Shown here one piece after another: positions 22,055 through 30,901 of a stretch of 64,000 nucleotides of DNA. Each line of letters starts with the position of its first letter. The stretch's first letter is position 1. The translations under genes were made by a program, and so were the position numbers. This DNA is from Vulcanimicrobiota bacterium (GTDB lineage: Bacteria; Vulcanimicrobiota; Vulcanimicrobiia; Vulcanimicrobiales; Vulcanimicrobiaceae), in contig OY968762.1 in assembly GCA_963695225.1 (NCBI GenBank), forward strand, positions 96,001 through 160,000. Direction: 5' to 3'. The notes under the pieces are model-generated. The model saw nothing but the letters and a program-made list of their open reading frames with translations, did not search any database and was not told the origin of the DNA.

Positions 22055-22861
22055 CTACAAGAGCGGGCGGAGCGCGCGCATGAACGCGCCGAACCGGGCG
22101 TCCGCTTCGGGAGAAGAGGGTAGCGCCGTGTAGACGGCGAGCGCGTAACGGTGCCCCTCCGCGGTTTCGAGGATGCCGCCGTCGTGCGAGACTTCCTCGG
22201 TATCGCCCGTCTTGTGCGCGAACCGATCGCCGCGGCGCAGGCCCAGGCTGAGCTTGTCGTTCCATTCCTGGGCGGCGAGAACGCCGGCGAGCCATTCGCT
22301 GCCGGGGAGTTCCCGGCGCGCGATCGCGCCGAAGAGCGCGGCGGCGTCCGAGGCCGGGTGGCTGTTGCGCCCCGTCGCCCCCGGATCCTCGATGAGCGGC
22401 AGGCTCCCGGAGAGCTTCCGGCGGACCGCGGTGCGGGCGAGGCCGATCTCGACGCAATGGGCCGTGATCCGTTCGCGCCCGAGGAAATCGATCAGCACGT
22501 TCGTGGCGACGTTGTCCGAGCGGGCGATCATGAGCGTCGCCAACTCCTCGAGTCCGGCCGAGTATCCCGCGACGAACGGCGAGGGTTTGTCGTTCGCCGT
22601 CATGTTTGCCGCGGTCACGCCGGCTCGATCCTCCGGGCGGCAGTCGCCCCGGGCCCAGGCCGCTGCGAGGCAGGCGGCGATCGGAGTCTTGATCATGCTG
22701 GCGGGGTAGCGTTCGGCCTCGGGATCGAGGCGCACCGCGCCGAGCCCCGGCACGCCCGCCGGCGGATGCCCGGCTCGCGGCTCCAGGGGGGCGATGACGA
22801 TCGAGGGGCCGGCAAGCCCGGCCGCCTCCGCCAGCTCGCGGAGAAACTCAACGCCCCGCAT
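22055..22861 (-). CDS. Class A beta-lactamase-like serine hydrolase
   Basis: SMIK (SxxK), SDN and HKTG motifs; no obvious signal peptide; actual beta-lactamase activity not established. Confidence 0.8.
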   Translation of the reverse strand: MRGVEFLRELAEAAGLAGPSIVIAPLEPRAGHPPAGVPGLGAVRLDPEAERYPASMIKTPIAACLAAAWARGDCRPEDRAGVTAANMTANDKPSPFVAGYSAGLEELATLMIARSDNVATNVLIDFLGRERITAHCVEIGLARTAVRRKLSGSLPLIEDPGATGRNSHPASDAAALFGAIARRELPGSEWLAGVLAAQEWNDKLSLGLRRGDRFAHKTGDTEEVSHDGGILETAEGHRYALAVYTALPSSPEADARFGAFMRALRPLL

Positions 22862-22873
22862 CGGCGTCCATTA

Positions 22874-22934
22874 ATGCAAGTACGTGCTTGCGTCCTCGAA
22901 GGCGAGCTGGTAATATGCGTGTGAGTACTTGCAT
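22874..22934 (+). promoter_or_regulatory. Sigma70-type promoter overlapped by two palindromic TetR-like operators
   Basis: -35 TTGCGT (22888-22893), 17 nt, TGG-TAATAT -10 (22911-22916); operators ATGCAAGTACGTGCTTGCGT (22874-22893) and ATGCGTGTGAGTACTTGCAT (22915-22934). Confidence 0.65.
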
Positions 22935-22946
22935 GAGTGAAGCCCC

Positions 22947-23951
22947 GTGAGCAACCCAAGCGTGAGACAGCAGCGTTTTTCCCTATCCGGTCCCTTGGTC
23001 GAGGAGGCCCTTGATCCCGTGCGCGCCGCGCTCGGCAGCATCGACGAGGCGACCCTCGACCTCGACGGCGTCCCGCTGCTCGACTCCCCGGCGATTGCGA
23101 ACCTGATCGTACTGCTGCGCGCGGCCCGGGAGCGCGACGTGAGGCTGCGCCTGGCCGTGACGCGGCCGGCGCTCCTGGAGACCTTGCGGATCACGGGGCT
23201 CGACAAGGTCTTCACGATCGCGAGCGACTCCCCGGTAATTCGGCCCGTTCCGGTCCCGCCCCGGCCGGTGAGCCCCATCCGCCGCCGGCTCGCGGCGTTC
23301 CTCGGATTCTGCCTCTTGGCCGCCTCGTCCGCGGCGGGCTCCCGCGCGTACGCGCAGGGAACCGGTGCCGACTTGACGGCCCCCGAGATCATCGCGAAGA
23401 TCAGCGAGCAGAACCCGTCGATGCAGAGCTACCAATCGCGGGTCTCCGTCAATTTCCGTCTCAAGTCGTTTCCGTATTTCGCGCAGCACCTCGACGGCTC
23501 GACGTACTTCAAACGCCCGGACAACTTCGAGGTGGTCTTCGATCGAGTTCCGTCGTACGCGCGCGGCTTCGAGAAGATGTATTCGGACATCGGGGATCCG
23601 ACGAATTGGCACAAGCGTTTCGAGATCGCGCGGGCGGGGGAGCGCGTCGTCAACGGGCACCGCGACATCGTCTTGCGCCTCACGCTGATTCAGCGCGGCA
23701 TGATCGATCACGAAGACGTGATGGTCGATCCGGTCAAGTGGCACATCGACCAGATGGAGTGGTTCTATTACAACGGCGGCTTCATCTCGATGACGCAAGA
23801 CTTCCGGCAGGAGGGCGAATTCGTGGTTCTGACGACCCAGCACGCGACGATCCGCATCCCGCACGTGAGCGCCGCGGCGGAGGCTTCGTACAGCGACTAT
23901 CACACGAACGTCGCGATCGACGACTCGGTCTTCACGAAGGCAGAACGCTAG
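22947..23951 (+). CDS. STAS domain fused via a TM/signal segment to a LolA/MucB-like extracytoplasmic domain
   Basis: LDLDGVPLLDSPAI...LRITGLDKVF STAS; RRR plus hydrophobic stretch plus AYA; beta-rich YFKRPDNF...VDPVKWHIDQMEW domain. Confidence 0.7.
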   Translation: MSNPSVRQQRFSLSGPLVEEALDPVRAALGSIDEATLDLDGVPLLDSPAIANLIVLLRAARERDVRLRLAVTRPALLETLRITGLDKVFTIASDSPVIRPVPVPPRPVSPIRRRLAAFLGFCLLAASSAAGSRAYAQGTGADLTAPEIIAKISEQNPSMQSYQSRVSVNFRLKSFPYFAQHLDGSTYFKRPDNFEVVFDRVPSYARGFEKMYSDIGDPTNWHKRFEIARAGERVVNGHRDIVLRLTLIQRGMIDHEDVMVDPVKWHIDQMEWFYYNGGFISMTQDFRQEGEFVVLTTQHATIRIPHVSAAAEASYSDYHTNVAIDDSVFTKAER

Positions 23952-23954
23952 CCT

Positions 23955-24566
23955 ATGAGCGCGTTAGAGATCAACGCGAGGCATTCCGTCGAGGAGACGC
24001 GCAAGCGGATCATCGCGGCGACGCGGCAGGTGTACGCGCGCAAGGGAGCGCGCGGGACGACGACGCGTGAAGTCGCCGAGTGCGCCGGCGTGAACGAGGC
24101 GACGCTCTTCCGGCATTTTGGAACGAAGCACGCCATGATCGAGGCGATGCGCGAGCACTACGCCATGGTCGGCGAGTTGCGCGACGCGATCTCGCAACTC
24201 TCCGGCTCTCTCGAGGAAGATCTGCGGGCGATCGGCCACCAGTTCTTCGACCACATGCTGCGCAACCACGACTTGATCCGCATGGCGATCGCCGAAGCGG
24301 CGGCCGAGCCGGAGGCCTGCTCCTCGACGATGCGAATCCCTCGAGCCAAGTTCGACGTGCTTTCGGAGTATTTCCGCGCCCGGGTGGCCGCGGGAGACCT
24401 GCGCGGCGATCCCGCCTGGCTCGCGACCTGCTTCATGGGCGTCATGTTCTCCGTCGCTTGCGGGAAGCACATGTGGTCCGACGCCGATCATCCGCTAACG
24501 AACCCTGAAAACCTAGTCGACCGGTGGGTCGAAACCTTCCTAGACGGAGCAAGAGTGCGCAGATGA
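23955..24566 (+). CDS. TetR/AcrR-family regulator
   Basis: TTTREVAECAGVNEATLFRHFGTK HTH. Confidence 0.92.
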   Translation: MSALEINARHSVEETRKRIIAATRQVYARKGARGTTTREVAECAGVNEATLFRHFGTKHAMIEAMREHYAMVGELRDAISQLSGSLEEDLRAIGHQFFDHMLRNHDLIRMAIAEAAAEPEACSSTMRIPRAKFDVLSEYFRARVAAGDLRGDPAWLATCFMGVMFSVACGKHMWSDADHPLTNPENLVDRWVETFLDGARVRR

Positions 24567-25939
24567 CGACCCAGACGCTGCCCGAGACGGGTACGGGATC
24601 CGGCGCCGTGCCGGGGCAAGAAGTGATTCCCGGAGCGGCCGACCGAAACGCCCCGCCGCGCCAGCTCATTTTGGGCGTGAGCGCCGTCGTCGCGCTCGTC
24701 GCGCTCGTCTTCGGCATCCGCTGGTTGATGTTCGCGACGACCCATGAGACGACGGACGATGCGAAGATCGACACGGATCAGATCACGGTGACGAGCAAGA
24801 TATCCGAGCGGGTCGCCGCGGTGCTCGTCTCTGCGGACCAGCCCGTGCGCAAGGGGCAGCTCCTGGTGCGGCTCGACGACACGGACGAGACGCAACGGGT
24901 CGCGTCGGCGCGCGCGATGCGCGACGCGCAAGTCGCATCGCTGCATGCCGCGCAGGCGACGCTCGCGCTCACGCAGGACCAAGTTGCAGCCCAACAGCAG
25001 CAGAGCCGCGGGAGCGTCGCGCAAGCGCAAGCCGCGATTTCGAGCGCTTCGGAGCAGGCGCTCGCGCAAAAGGATCAGATCGCCGTCGCGAAGGCCGGCA
25101 TCGATGCGGCGGCCGCGCAGTTGCGCGCCGCGCAAGACGGGGTCCCGGCGGCCGCCGAAAACCTGCACAAGGCGCAGGCCGACCTTGCGCGCACGGAATC
25201 GCTGGTCGGAACCGGCGATATCGCGCAGTCGCAACTCGATGCGGCGCGCGCCGCCGCGGCGAGCGCGCAGGCGTCCTACCAACAGGCCGGGGCGAACGTC
25301 GCCGCGGCCCAAGCGAACCTCGCTTCCGCGCAACAGCGTTTGATCGCGCAACGCTCGACGACCGGCAGCTCGCAGGCGCAGGTCGCCGTTCAGCAAGGTG
25401 CCCTCTCGACCGCCGAAGGCCGCCTCGCCGAAGTTGCGTCGCCGAGCCGCGTCGCGGCGGCCGAAGCGGCGGTCGAAGGCGCTCGCGCGCAACTCGCAAC
25501 GGCGCAGGCCCAGCTGGCGACCGCCGAGCAAGCGCTCGCGAACACGCGCATCACGGCGCCCGTCGACGGACACGTCGGTGCGAAGAACATCGAAGTCGGG
25601 CAGACCGTCGCCCCCGGGCAGTCGCTCTTGGCAGTGATCCCCGCAACGAACATCTACGTCACCGCGAACTTCAAAGAGACGCAACTGGGCTCGATGAAGG
25701 CAGGCCAGCCCGCGGATGTCACGGTCGACGCGTACAAGGGCGTCCACTTCAACGGGCACATCGAATCGATCTCGCCGGCGTCGCAGAACACGTTCTCGAT
25801 CATCCCGGCGCAGAACGCGACGGGCAACTTCGTCAAGGTCACCCAGCGCGTCCCCGTCCGCATTCTGTTCGACAACCCGGATCCCGCCTACGCGTTGCGC
25901 CCCGGCATGTCGGTTGAAGCCGCCGTCAAGGTGAAGTAG
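24563..25939 (+). CDS. EmrA/HlyD-family membrane fusion protein
   Basis: N-terminal TM, ETTDDAKI, long coiled coil, ITAPVDG, ANFKETQ, NATGNFVKVTQRVPVRI, LRPGMSV. Confidence 0.92.
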   Translation: MTTQTLPETGTGSGAVPGQEVIPGAADRNAPPRQLILGVSAVVALVALVFGIRWLMFATTHETTDDAKIDTDQITVTSKISERVAAVLVSADQPVRKGQLLVRLDDTDETQRVASARAMRDAQVASLHAAQATLALTQDQVAAQQQQSRGSVAQAQAAISSASEQALAQKDQIAVAKAGIDAAAAQLRAAQDGVPAAAENLHKAQADLARTESLVGTGDIAQSQLDAARAAAASAQASYQQAGANVAAAQANLASAQQRLIAQRSTTGSSQAQVAVQQGALSTAEGRLAEVASPSRVAAAEAAVEGARAQLATAQAQLATAEQALANTRITAPVDGHVGAKNIEVGQTVAPGQSLLAVIPATNIYVTANFKETQLGSMKAGQPADVTVDAYKGVHFNGHIESISPASQNTFSIIPAQNATGNFVKVTQRVPVRILFDNPDPAYALRPGMSVEAAVKVK

Positions 25940-25941
25940 GC

Positions 25942-27525
25942 GTGGCCTCCGCGGCCGCATCGCTACGCGGAGGCCTGCCCGTCGCTTCGCAACCAGACGC
26001 GAGCGGCATCGAATTCGGCTTCCGCCGCGGGATACTCACGTTCGCGATCGTCCTGGCGACGGTCCTCGAGATCATCGACGTCACGATCGTCAACGTCGCA
26101 TTGCCGAACATCGAGGGCAACTTCGGAGCGAACATCGATCAAGCCGCGTGGATCGGAACCGGCTATATCATCGCCAACGTCATCGTCATCCCGATCACGC
26201 CCTGGTTGCAGATGCGCTTCGGCCGGACGCAATACTACGCCGCGTCGATCCTGCTGTTCACCGCCGCGTCGATGATGTGTGGACTCTCGCAATCGCTCGA
26301 GCAGTTGATCTTCTGGCGGATCGTGCAGGGACTCGGCGGCGGCGGGCTCGTCTCGACGTCTCAAGCCATCTTGCGCCAAGTCTTTCCGAAGAGCGAACAG
26401 GGGAAGGCCGCGGGCTATTTTTCGATGGGCGTCGTCGTGGCGCCGATGGCGGGCCCGTTCCTCGGCGGCTTCATCACCGACAACCTCTCGTGGCGTTGGG
26501 CGTTCTTCGTCAACTTGCCGCTGGGGTTGCTCGCGACGATCCTCGTGCTCGCATTCCTGAAAAACCAGGTCGAGCCGCGGAGACTCCCGCTCGACGGGAT
26601 CGGCCTCGGCCTGCTCGCCGTCGGAATCGGCTCGCTACAGTACGTGCTCGATCAAGGCCAGCAAAAGGATTGGTTCGACGAGAGCTCGATCGTCGCGTGC
26701 TCCCTGCTCGCGCTCGCCGGTTTGATCGCGTTCGTGTTCTGGGAACTCCGCACGCGCAAACCGATCGTCGACTTGAGCATCGTGCGTTACCGGTCCGTCG
26801 CGGCGGGGAGCGTGCTCGGGCTCGTGCTCGGCATCTCGCTCTACGGCAGCGTGCTCATGCTGCCGCAGTACGTGCAGAACGTGCTCGGCTTCACGGCGAC
26901 GATCTCGGGCGAACTCCTCGTGATCCGGACGATCCCGGTCGTGATCCTGACGCCGATTGCCGCATTCGTCGCTTCGCGCGGCCTGTTGGACACGCGCTGG
27001 CAGATCGGGCTCGGCTTCTTCCTGATCGGAATCTCGAACCTGATGCTCGCGCAGGTCACGACGACCGACACCTCGTTCTGGACGCTGTTCTGGGCGCTCG
27101 TCGTCGGCGGCGCGGGGCTCTCGCAGATCTTCGTGCCGCTCTCGATCACGGTGCTCGGGAGCCCCGCGCCGCAGGACATCCCGGCGGCTGCGGCGCTCTT
27201 CAACCTGGCGCGGCAGATCGGCGGCTCGATCGCGATCGCCGCGCTCGTGACGATCCTCGCGCGCTCGAACGCGGCGTATCACGAGCGTCTCGCCGCGCAA
27301 GTCAAACTGAACTCGCCCTCGGTCGCAGCCTACCTCGAGCGCAGCGGCGGAGCGCTTTCGGCCTCCGCGCGCGCGACGCTCGACCGGCTCGTCGACCGCC
27401 AGGCATCCGTGCTCGCGTATGCGGACACCTCGCGCGCCACGGCGTACATCACGCTCGCGCTGACCCCGATGGTCTTGTTGCTGCGACGTCCGAAGGCGGA
27501 CGGCGCCCCAGTCCCGGCAGAATAG
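25942..27525 (+). CDS. DHA2 family MFS efflux permease (EmrB-like)
   Basis: DVTIVNVALP, WRIVQGLGGG, WRWAFFVNLPLG, RQIGGSIAIA. Confidence 0.92.
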   Translation: MASAAASLRGGLPVASQPDASGIEFGFRRGILTFAIVLATVLEIIDVTIVNVALPNIEGNFGANIDQAAWIGTGYIIANVIVIPITPWLQMRFGRTQYYAASILLFTAASMMCGLSQSLEQLIFWRIVQGLGGGGLVSTSQAILRQVFPKSEQGKAAGYFSMGVVVAPMAGPFLGGFITDNLSWRWAFFVNLPLGLLATILVLAFLKNQVEPRRLPLDGIGLGLLAVGIGSLQYVLDQGQQKDWFDESSIVACSLLALAGLIAFVFWELRTRKPIVDLSIVRYRSVAAGSVLGLVLGISLYGSVLMLPQYVQNVLGFTATISGELLVIRTIPVVILTPIAAFVASRGLLDTRWQIGLGFFLIGISNLMLAQVTTTDTSFWTLFWALVVGGAGLSQIFVPLSITVLGSPAPQDIPAAAALFNLARQIGGSIAIAALVTILARSNAAYHERLAAQVKLNSPSVAAYLERSGGALSASARATLDRLVDRQASVLAYADTSRATAYITLALTPMVLLLRRPKADGAPVPAE

Positions 27526-27540
27526 GAGATCCACTCCACC

Positions 27541-29376
27541 ATGCATCCCCGTCTAGGCTCGTTCGCGACCGTTCCGCTGCTCGCGCTGGCGCTCGCCGCC
27601 CCCGTCGCGGCAGCCCCCTCGCCATCCCCCGCCCCGAGCGCTCCTCCACAGGCTCAGGCCGGCGCGTCCGCCTCGCCCGCGTCGAATGCGCTCGTCTTGC
27701 CGCCGGTCCCGGTTGTCGAGCCTTCATTCGCGCCGGAGACCTCGGTGTGGCCCGCGGGCGATCTCGCCGGCGTCACGCAGCAGCCGTTCGTCGGCCTTTC
27801 GCTGCAGGACGCGCTCGCGATGGCGCTCGCCAAGAACACGGATCTGACCGTCGCGGCGTCCTCGCGGAAGATCGCCGGATTCGAGATCGTCGCGGCAAAG
27901 GGCGCTTACGATCTGCGCTTTCAGATCGTTCCGAGCTACACGTACGGGAAGGCCGCGCCGGAGAACGCTTTCGCCGTCGGTCCCAACGGCGGACCGATCA
28001 CGCAATCGACGTTCGGCGCGAGCGCCTCGCTCGGCGGCCTGACCGGAACGGGCGGGCAATACTCGATCGGCACGAGCGCGACGCGCATCAACAACGACAA
28101 CACGTCGAACAGCTTCGATCCGTTCTACCAGACCGCGCTTTCGTTGAACGTGACGCAGCCGCTCCTGCGCGGGGCGAAGATCGACGGCGCGCGCCGCGCG
28201 CTTTCCCTCGCGCGGATCGGAGCCGATCAATCCTCCGACGCGGTGCTGCTCTCGAGCTCGAACGTGATCGCCTCGGTGCAGGACGCATACTACGACTTGA
28301 TCGCCGCCTGGCGCAACCTCGCGATCCAAGAGGCGGCGCTGAGCCAAGCGCGGTCGCAGAGCGAGAGCAACGCGCGCCTCGTCAAGCAAGGGGCGGTCGC
28401 CTCGGTCGACGTCGTCGAGTCCGACAATCAGGTCAACCTCTTTGAAGACAACGTCTTCTCCGCGCTGCAGAACATCGAAAGGCTGCAAAACGGGCTCAAA
28501 CAACTGCTGCTCAGCGATCCCGCCGATCCGATCTGGACGGCGAACCTCGTTCCGACATCGACGCTCGGTGCGCTCCCGCCCGACCAAAACGTCTCGGACG
28601 TCGTCGTCGCGGCGCTCAAGAACCGGCCCGAGATCGCGCAGCTTCGCGACCAGCGCCGCGCCGCCGAGGTGAACCTCTCCTACGCGAAGGACCAGACCAA
28701 ACCCCAAGTCGATCTGCAATTCGGCTACACGCTGAACGGCTTCGCCGGCGTGCCGACGAGCCTGCTCTCGAACCCGCTTGCGGGCGCGTTCGGCCCGCAA
28801 ACCGTCGCGCTCAACCAACTGATCGCGATCGCAAACCAGAGCCTCCCGCCCGCCCAGCAGATCCAGCCGGTCACGCTCGTGTTCGCCTCGCTGCCGCCGT
28901 ACACGAACGGCCGCCTCGGCCAGGCCTACACGAACATGCTCGACGCGCGCTTCCCGCAAGTTTCGCTCCAAGCGGTCGTCGCGCTCCCGCTGCGCGACCG
29001 CACCGCGAACGCGAACGCCGCCGCCGCCGCCGAAACCGTGCGTTCGCTCGAGATCCAGCAAGTCGCGCTGATCCAGCGCCTGCAAGTCGAAGCGCGCAAC
29101 GCCGTCCAGGGATACCGCTCCGCCCGCTCGCGTCTCGCCGCCGCCACCGCCGGCCGCCAAGCTGCCGAAACGGTCCTCGCGAGCGAACAGCGCAAGTTCG
29201 CCGCCGGGCAATCGACGACGTACCTCGTCCTGCAGCGCGAGGTCAACCTCGCCAACAGCCGCGGCCGCGAACTGCAAGCGCAGACCGACCTGTTCAAAGC
29301 CGTCGTCGAACTCGACCGCGTCTCCGGCGCCATCCTCGCGCGGAACGGCATCGATACCTCCGCGCTCACTAAGTAG
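27541..29376 (+). CDS. TolC-family outer membrane efflux protein
   Basis: Signal peptide; LSLQDALAMAL, TQPLLRG, ALKNRPEI, EQRKFAAGQST; completes a tripartite pump. Confidence 0.88.
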   Translation: MHPRLGSFATVPLLALALAAPVAAAPSPSPAPSAPPQAQAGASASPASNALVLPPVPVVEPSFAPETSVWPAGDLAGVTQQPFVGLSLQDALAMALAKNTDLTVAASSRKIAGFEIVAAKGAYDLRFQIVPSYTYGKAAPENAFAVGPNGGPITQSTFGASASLGGLTGTGGQYSIGTSATRINNDNTSNSFDPFYQTALSLNVTQPLLRGAKIDGARRALSLARIGADQSSDAVLLSSSNVIASVQDAYYDLIAAWRNLAIQEAALSQARSQSESNARLVKQGAVASVDVVESDNQVNLFEDNVFSALQNIERLQNGLKQLLLSDPADPIWTANLVPTSTLGALPPDQNVSDVVVAALKNRPEIAQLRDQRRAAEVNLSYAKDQTKPQVDLQFGYTLNGFAGVPTSLLSNPLAGAFGPQTVALNQLIAIANQSLPPAQQIQPVTLVFASLPPYTNGRLGQAYTNMLDARFPQVSLQAVVALPLRDRTANANAAAAAETVRSLEIQQVALIQRLQVEARNAVQGYRSARSRLAAATAGRQAAETVLASEQRKFAAGQSTTYLVLQREVNLANSRGRELQAQTDLFKAVVELDRVSGAILARNGIDTSALTK

Positions 29377-29382
29377 CGCCTC

Positions 29383-29505
29383 CGCGGGCTGGTCGCACTG
29401 GCGTGCGCGCTGGTCGCATGGCCCGCGGGCGGGGCGGGGCGTGCGGGCTGGTTGCGTGGCGTGCGGCCGGTGCTGGGGCGTGCGGGCTCGTCGCATGGCC
29501 CGCGG
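29383..29505. repeat. Degenerate ~20-nt tandem repeats
   Basis: Four to five variants of GCGTGCGGGCTGGTCGCATG immediately after the TolC stop. Confidence 0.65.
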
Positions 29506-29506
29506 T

Positions 29507-29647
29507 CGGTGCGGGGCGACGCTTCCCCGCGGGGACGCCCGCGATTTCGCATCCATGCGAAATCGCTACTCGTGCACTTTCCGGCTCCCGCCCTCCAGGC
29601 TCCGCCGGAAAGCTGCACGCCCCGCGGGAAACCGTCGCCCCGCCCCG
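29507..29647 (-). repeat. Structured dispersed repeat, copy 1 (candidate ncRNA or MITE-like element)
   Basis: Closing stem GCGGGGCGACG/CGTCGCCCCGC, internal hairpins at 29541-29566 and 29571-29619; near-identical to 56091-56241. Confidence 0.8.
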
Positions 29648-29838
29648 CCCGCTGCCTGGGCGCAAGCGGCTTTGTCCCGATGCTAGCGCGGTAGGGGGAT
29701 GGAGTTGGGGTCAGGAGCTGGCTCAGCCGGAAAGCTGCACGCCCCTGCGGGAAACCGTCGCCCCGCCCCACCCGCTGCCTGCGCGCTACGGTCTTATCGA
29801 TGCTAGCGCGGTAGGGGGATGCAGTTGGGGGTTAGGAG
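29598..29838. repeat. Tandem duplication of a ~120-nt unit
   Basis: 29598-29717 and 29720-29838 share GCCGGAAAGCTGCACGCCCC...CGATGCTAGCGCGGTAGGGGGATG..GTTGGGG. Confidence 0.8.
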
Positions 29839-30540
29839 TTCGACGTTGGGGCCGCCGGCGCGCTCGGTGGGGGAGGCTTTGGGCGTGGGGGAGGGGGTGG
29901 GCGTAGGCGACGGGGTTTCGGTTGGGGAGGGCGTGGGGGTCGGGGTCGTGCGGGGACGCGCGCCGCGGCGGGCAGGGGCTTCCGTCGGCGTTGCCGCCGG
30001 GATCGGGCTTGGCGTAGGGCTGGGGGCGGGCGTGGGGCAAGTTTCGGGGTCGGCGTAGTAGCGCTCGGTGAAGCCGGCGGCGAGTTCGCGTTTGGCTTGC
30101 TTGCCGAAGTACGTGTCGGGGAAGCGGGCGGCGATGAGGTGCAGGTAATCCCAAGCGCGGTCTTGCGAGGGCTTCGTGCGAATCTTCTTGTGGATGCCGA
30201 GCGAGAGGAAGTAGGAGCGCGGGAGCTGCGGATCTTTGGGATAGGCTTCGGCCCACGCTTGGAGCGCTTCGTCGGCGAAGCTCACCTTGTTGATGATTCC
30301 GGGATCCAGCGTCCACTCGCCGGCGCGTAACGACTCGAAACGGTACGTGTTTTCGATCCCGAGGTAGCTGAACTTCATGCGGCCGAAGTATCTGTCGGCG
30401 GGCGCCGAGTTCTTGAAGCGCTCGAGCCTCTGCTGCTCGGATTTGGAGACGGGGGCCGTTGCCGAGGGTGCGGGCACGGCCGCCAAGGTTACCGTCAGAG
30501 CATAGAGCGCGGCAAGCGGGAGGCTCGCAGTTCGTATCAC
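29803..30540 (-). CDS. Secreted hypothetical protein with a Pro/Thr-rich C-terminal region
   Basis: Signal peptide, helical core (APADRYFGRMK...YPKDPQLPR), (PT/PS)n linker flanked by two Cys. Confidence 0.7.
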   Translation of the reverse strand: MIRTASLPLAALYALTVTLAAVPAPSATAPVSKSEQQRLERFKNSAPADRYFGRMKFSYLGIENTYRFESLRAGEWTLDPGIINKVSFADEALQAWAEAYPKDPQLPRSYFLSLGIHKKIRTKPSQDRAWDYLHLIAARFPDTYFGKQAKRELAAGFTERYYADPETCPTPAPSPTPSPIPAATPTEAPARRGARPRTTPTPTPSPTETPSPTPTPSPTPKASPTERAGGPNVELLTPNCIPLPR

Positions 30541-30730
30541 TGGGCCAAGATAGCGGGGCGGTCGTCGGGGATTCCTTGGAGGAATCCGGGGTTCTGCTGA
30601 AGTTAGGCTGGCCTAGAAACATTCTTTGGTGCGTGGAACTCTTTCGCGGTTTCGCGGGTCGTATTGAGCGTAGCCGGTCTGTGGCCGGCTGGAGTCGACG
30701 ACCACGCTTGTCAAGGAGGGTGCCGACGCA

Positions 30731-30880
30731 ATGTCCGACGACGCCAGAATCTCGGGAGATGAAATCGCCGAACGCTCGTTCCAGCGCGATATCAGCTTGC
30801 TGCGAGAAGATCTCGTCGAGTATCAGCGCCGGCTTGCCGGGCGGCTCGACCTGCGCCTCGCGCTCGAGCGCGCCTGCTGA
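30731..30880 (+). CDS. Small hypothetical protein (49 aa)
   Basis: MSDDARISGDEIAERSFQRDISLLREDLVEYQRRLAGRLDLRLALERAC; AGGAGG upstream; below the ORF-track cutoff. Confidence 0.5.
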   Translation: MSDDARISGDEIAERSFQRDISLLREDLVEYQRRLAGRLDLRLALERAC

Positions 30881-30901
30881 AAAGGCTCCGGAGGGGGACG
30901 G

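Noticed and set aside
22055..22861. Bona fide antibiotic resistance beta-lactamase
   Set aside because: Catalytic motifs are present, but there is no signal peptide and the family includes many non-resistance hydrolases
29383..29838. Possible CRISPR array
   Set aside because: Repeats are degenerate and contiguous or ~120 nt long, with no unique equal-length spacers and no cas genes in the window
29870..30050. G-rich repetitive tract as a non-coding repeat
   Set aside because: Explained by the Pro/Thr/Ser linker codons of the minus-strand gene
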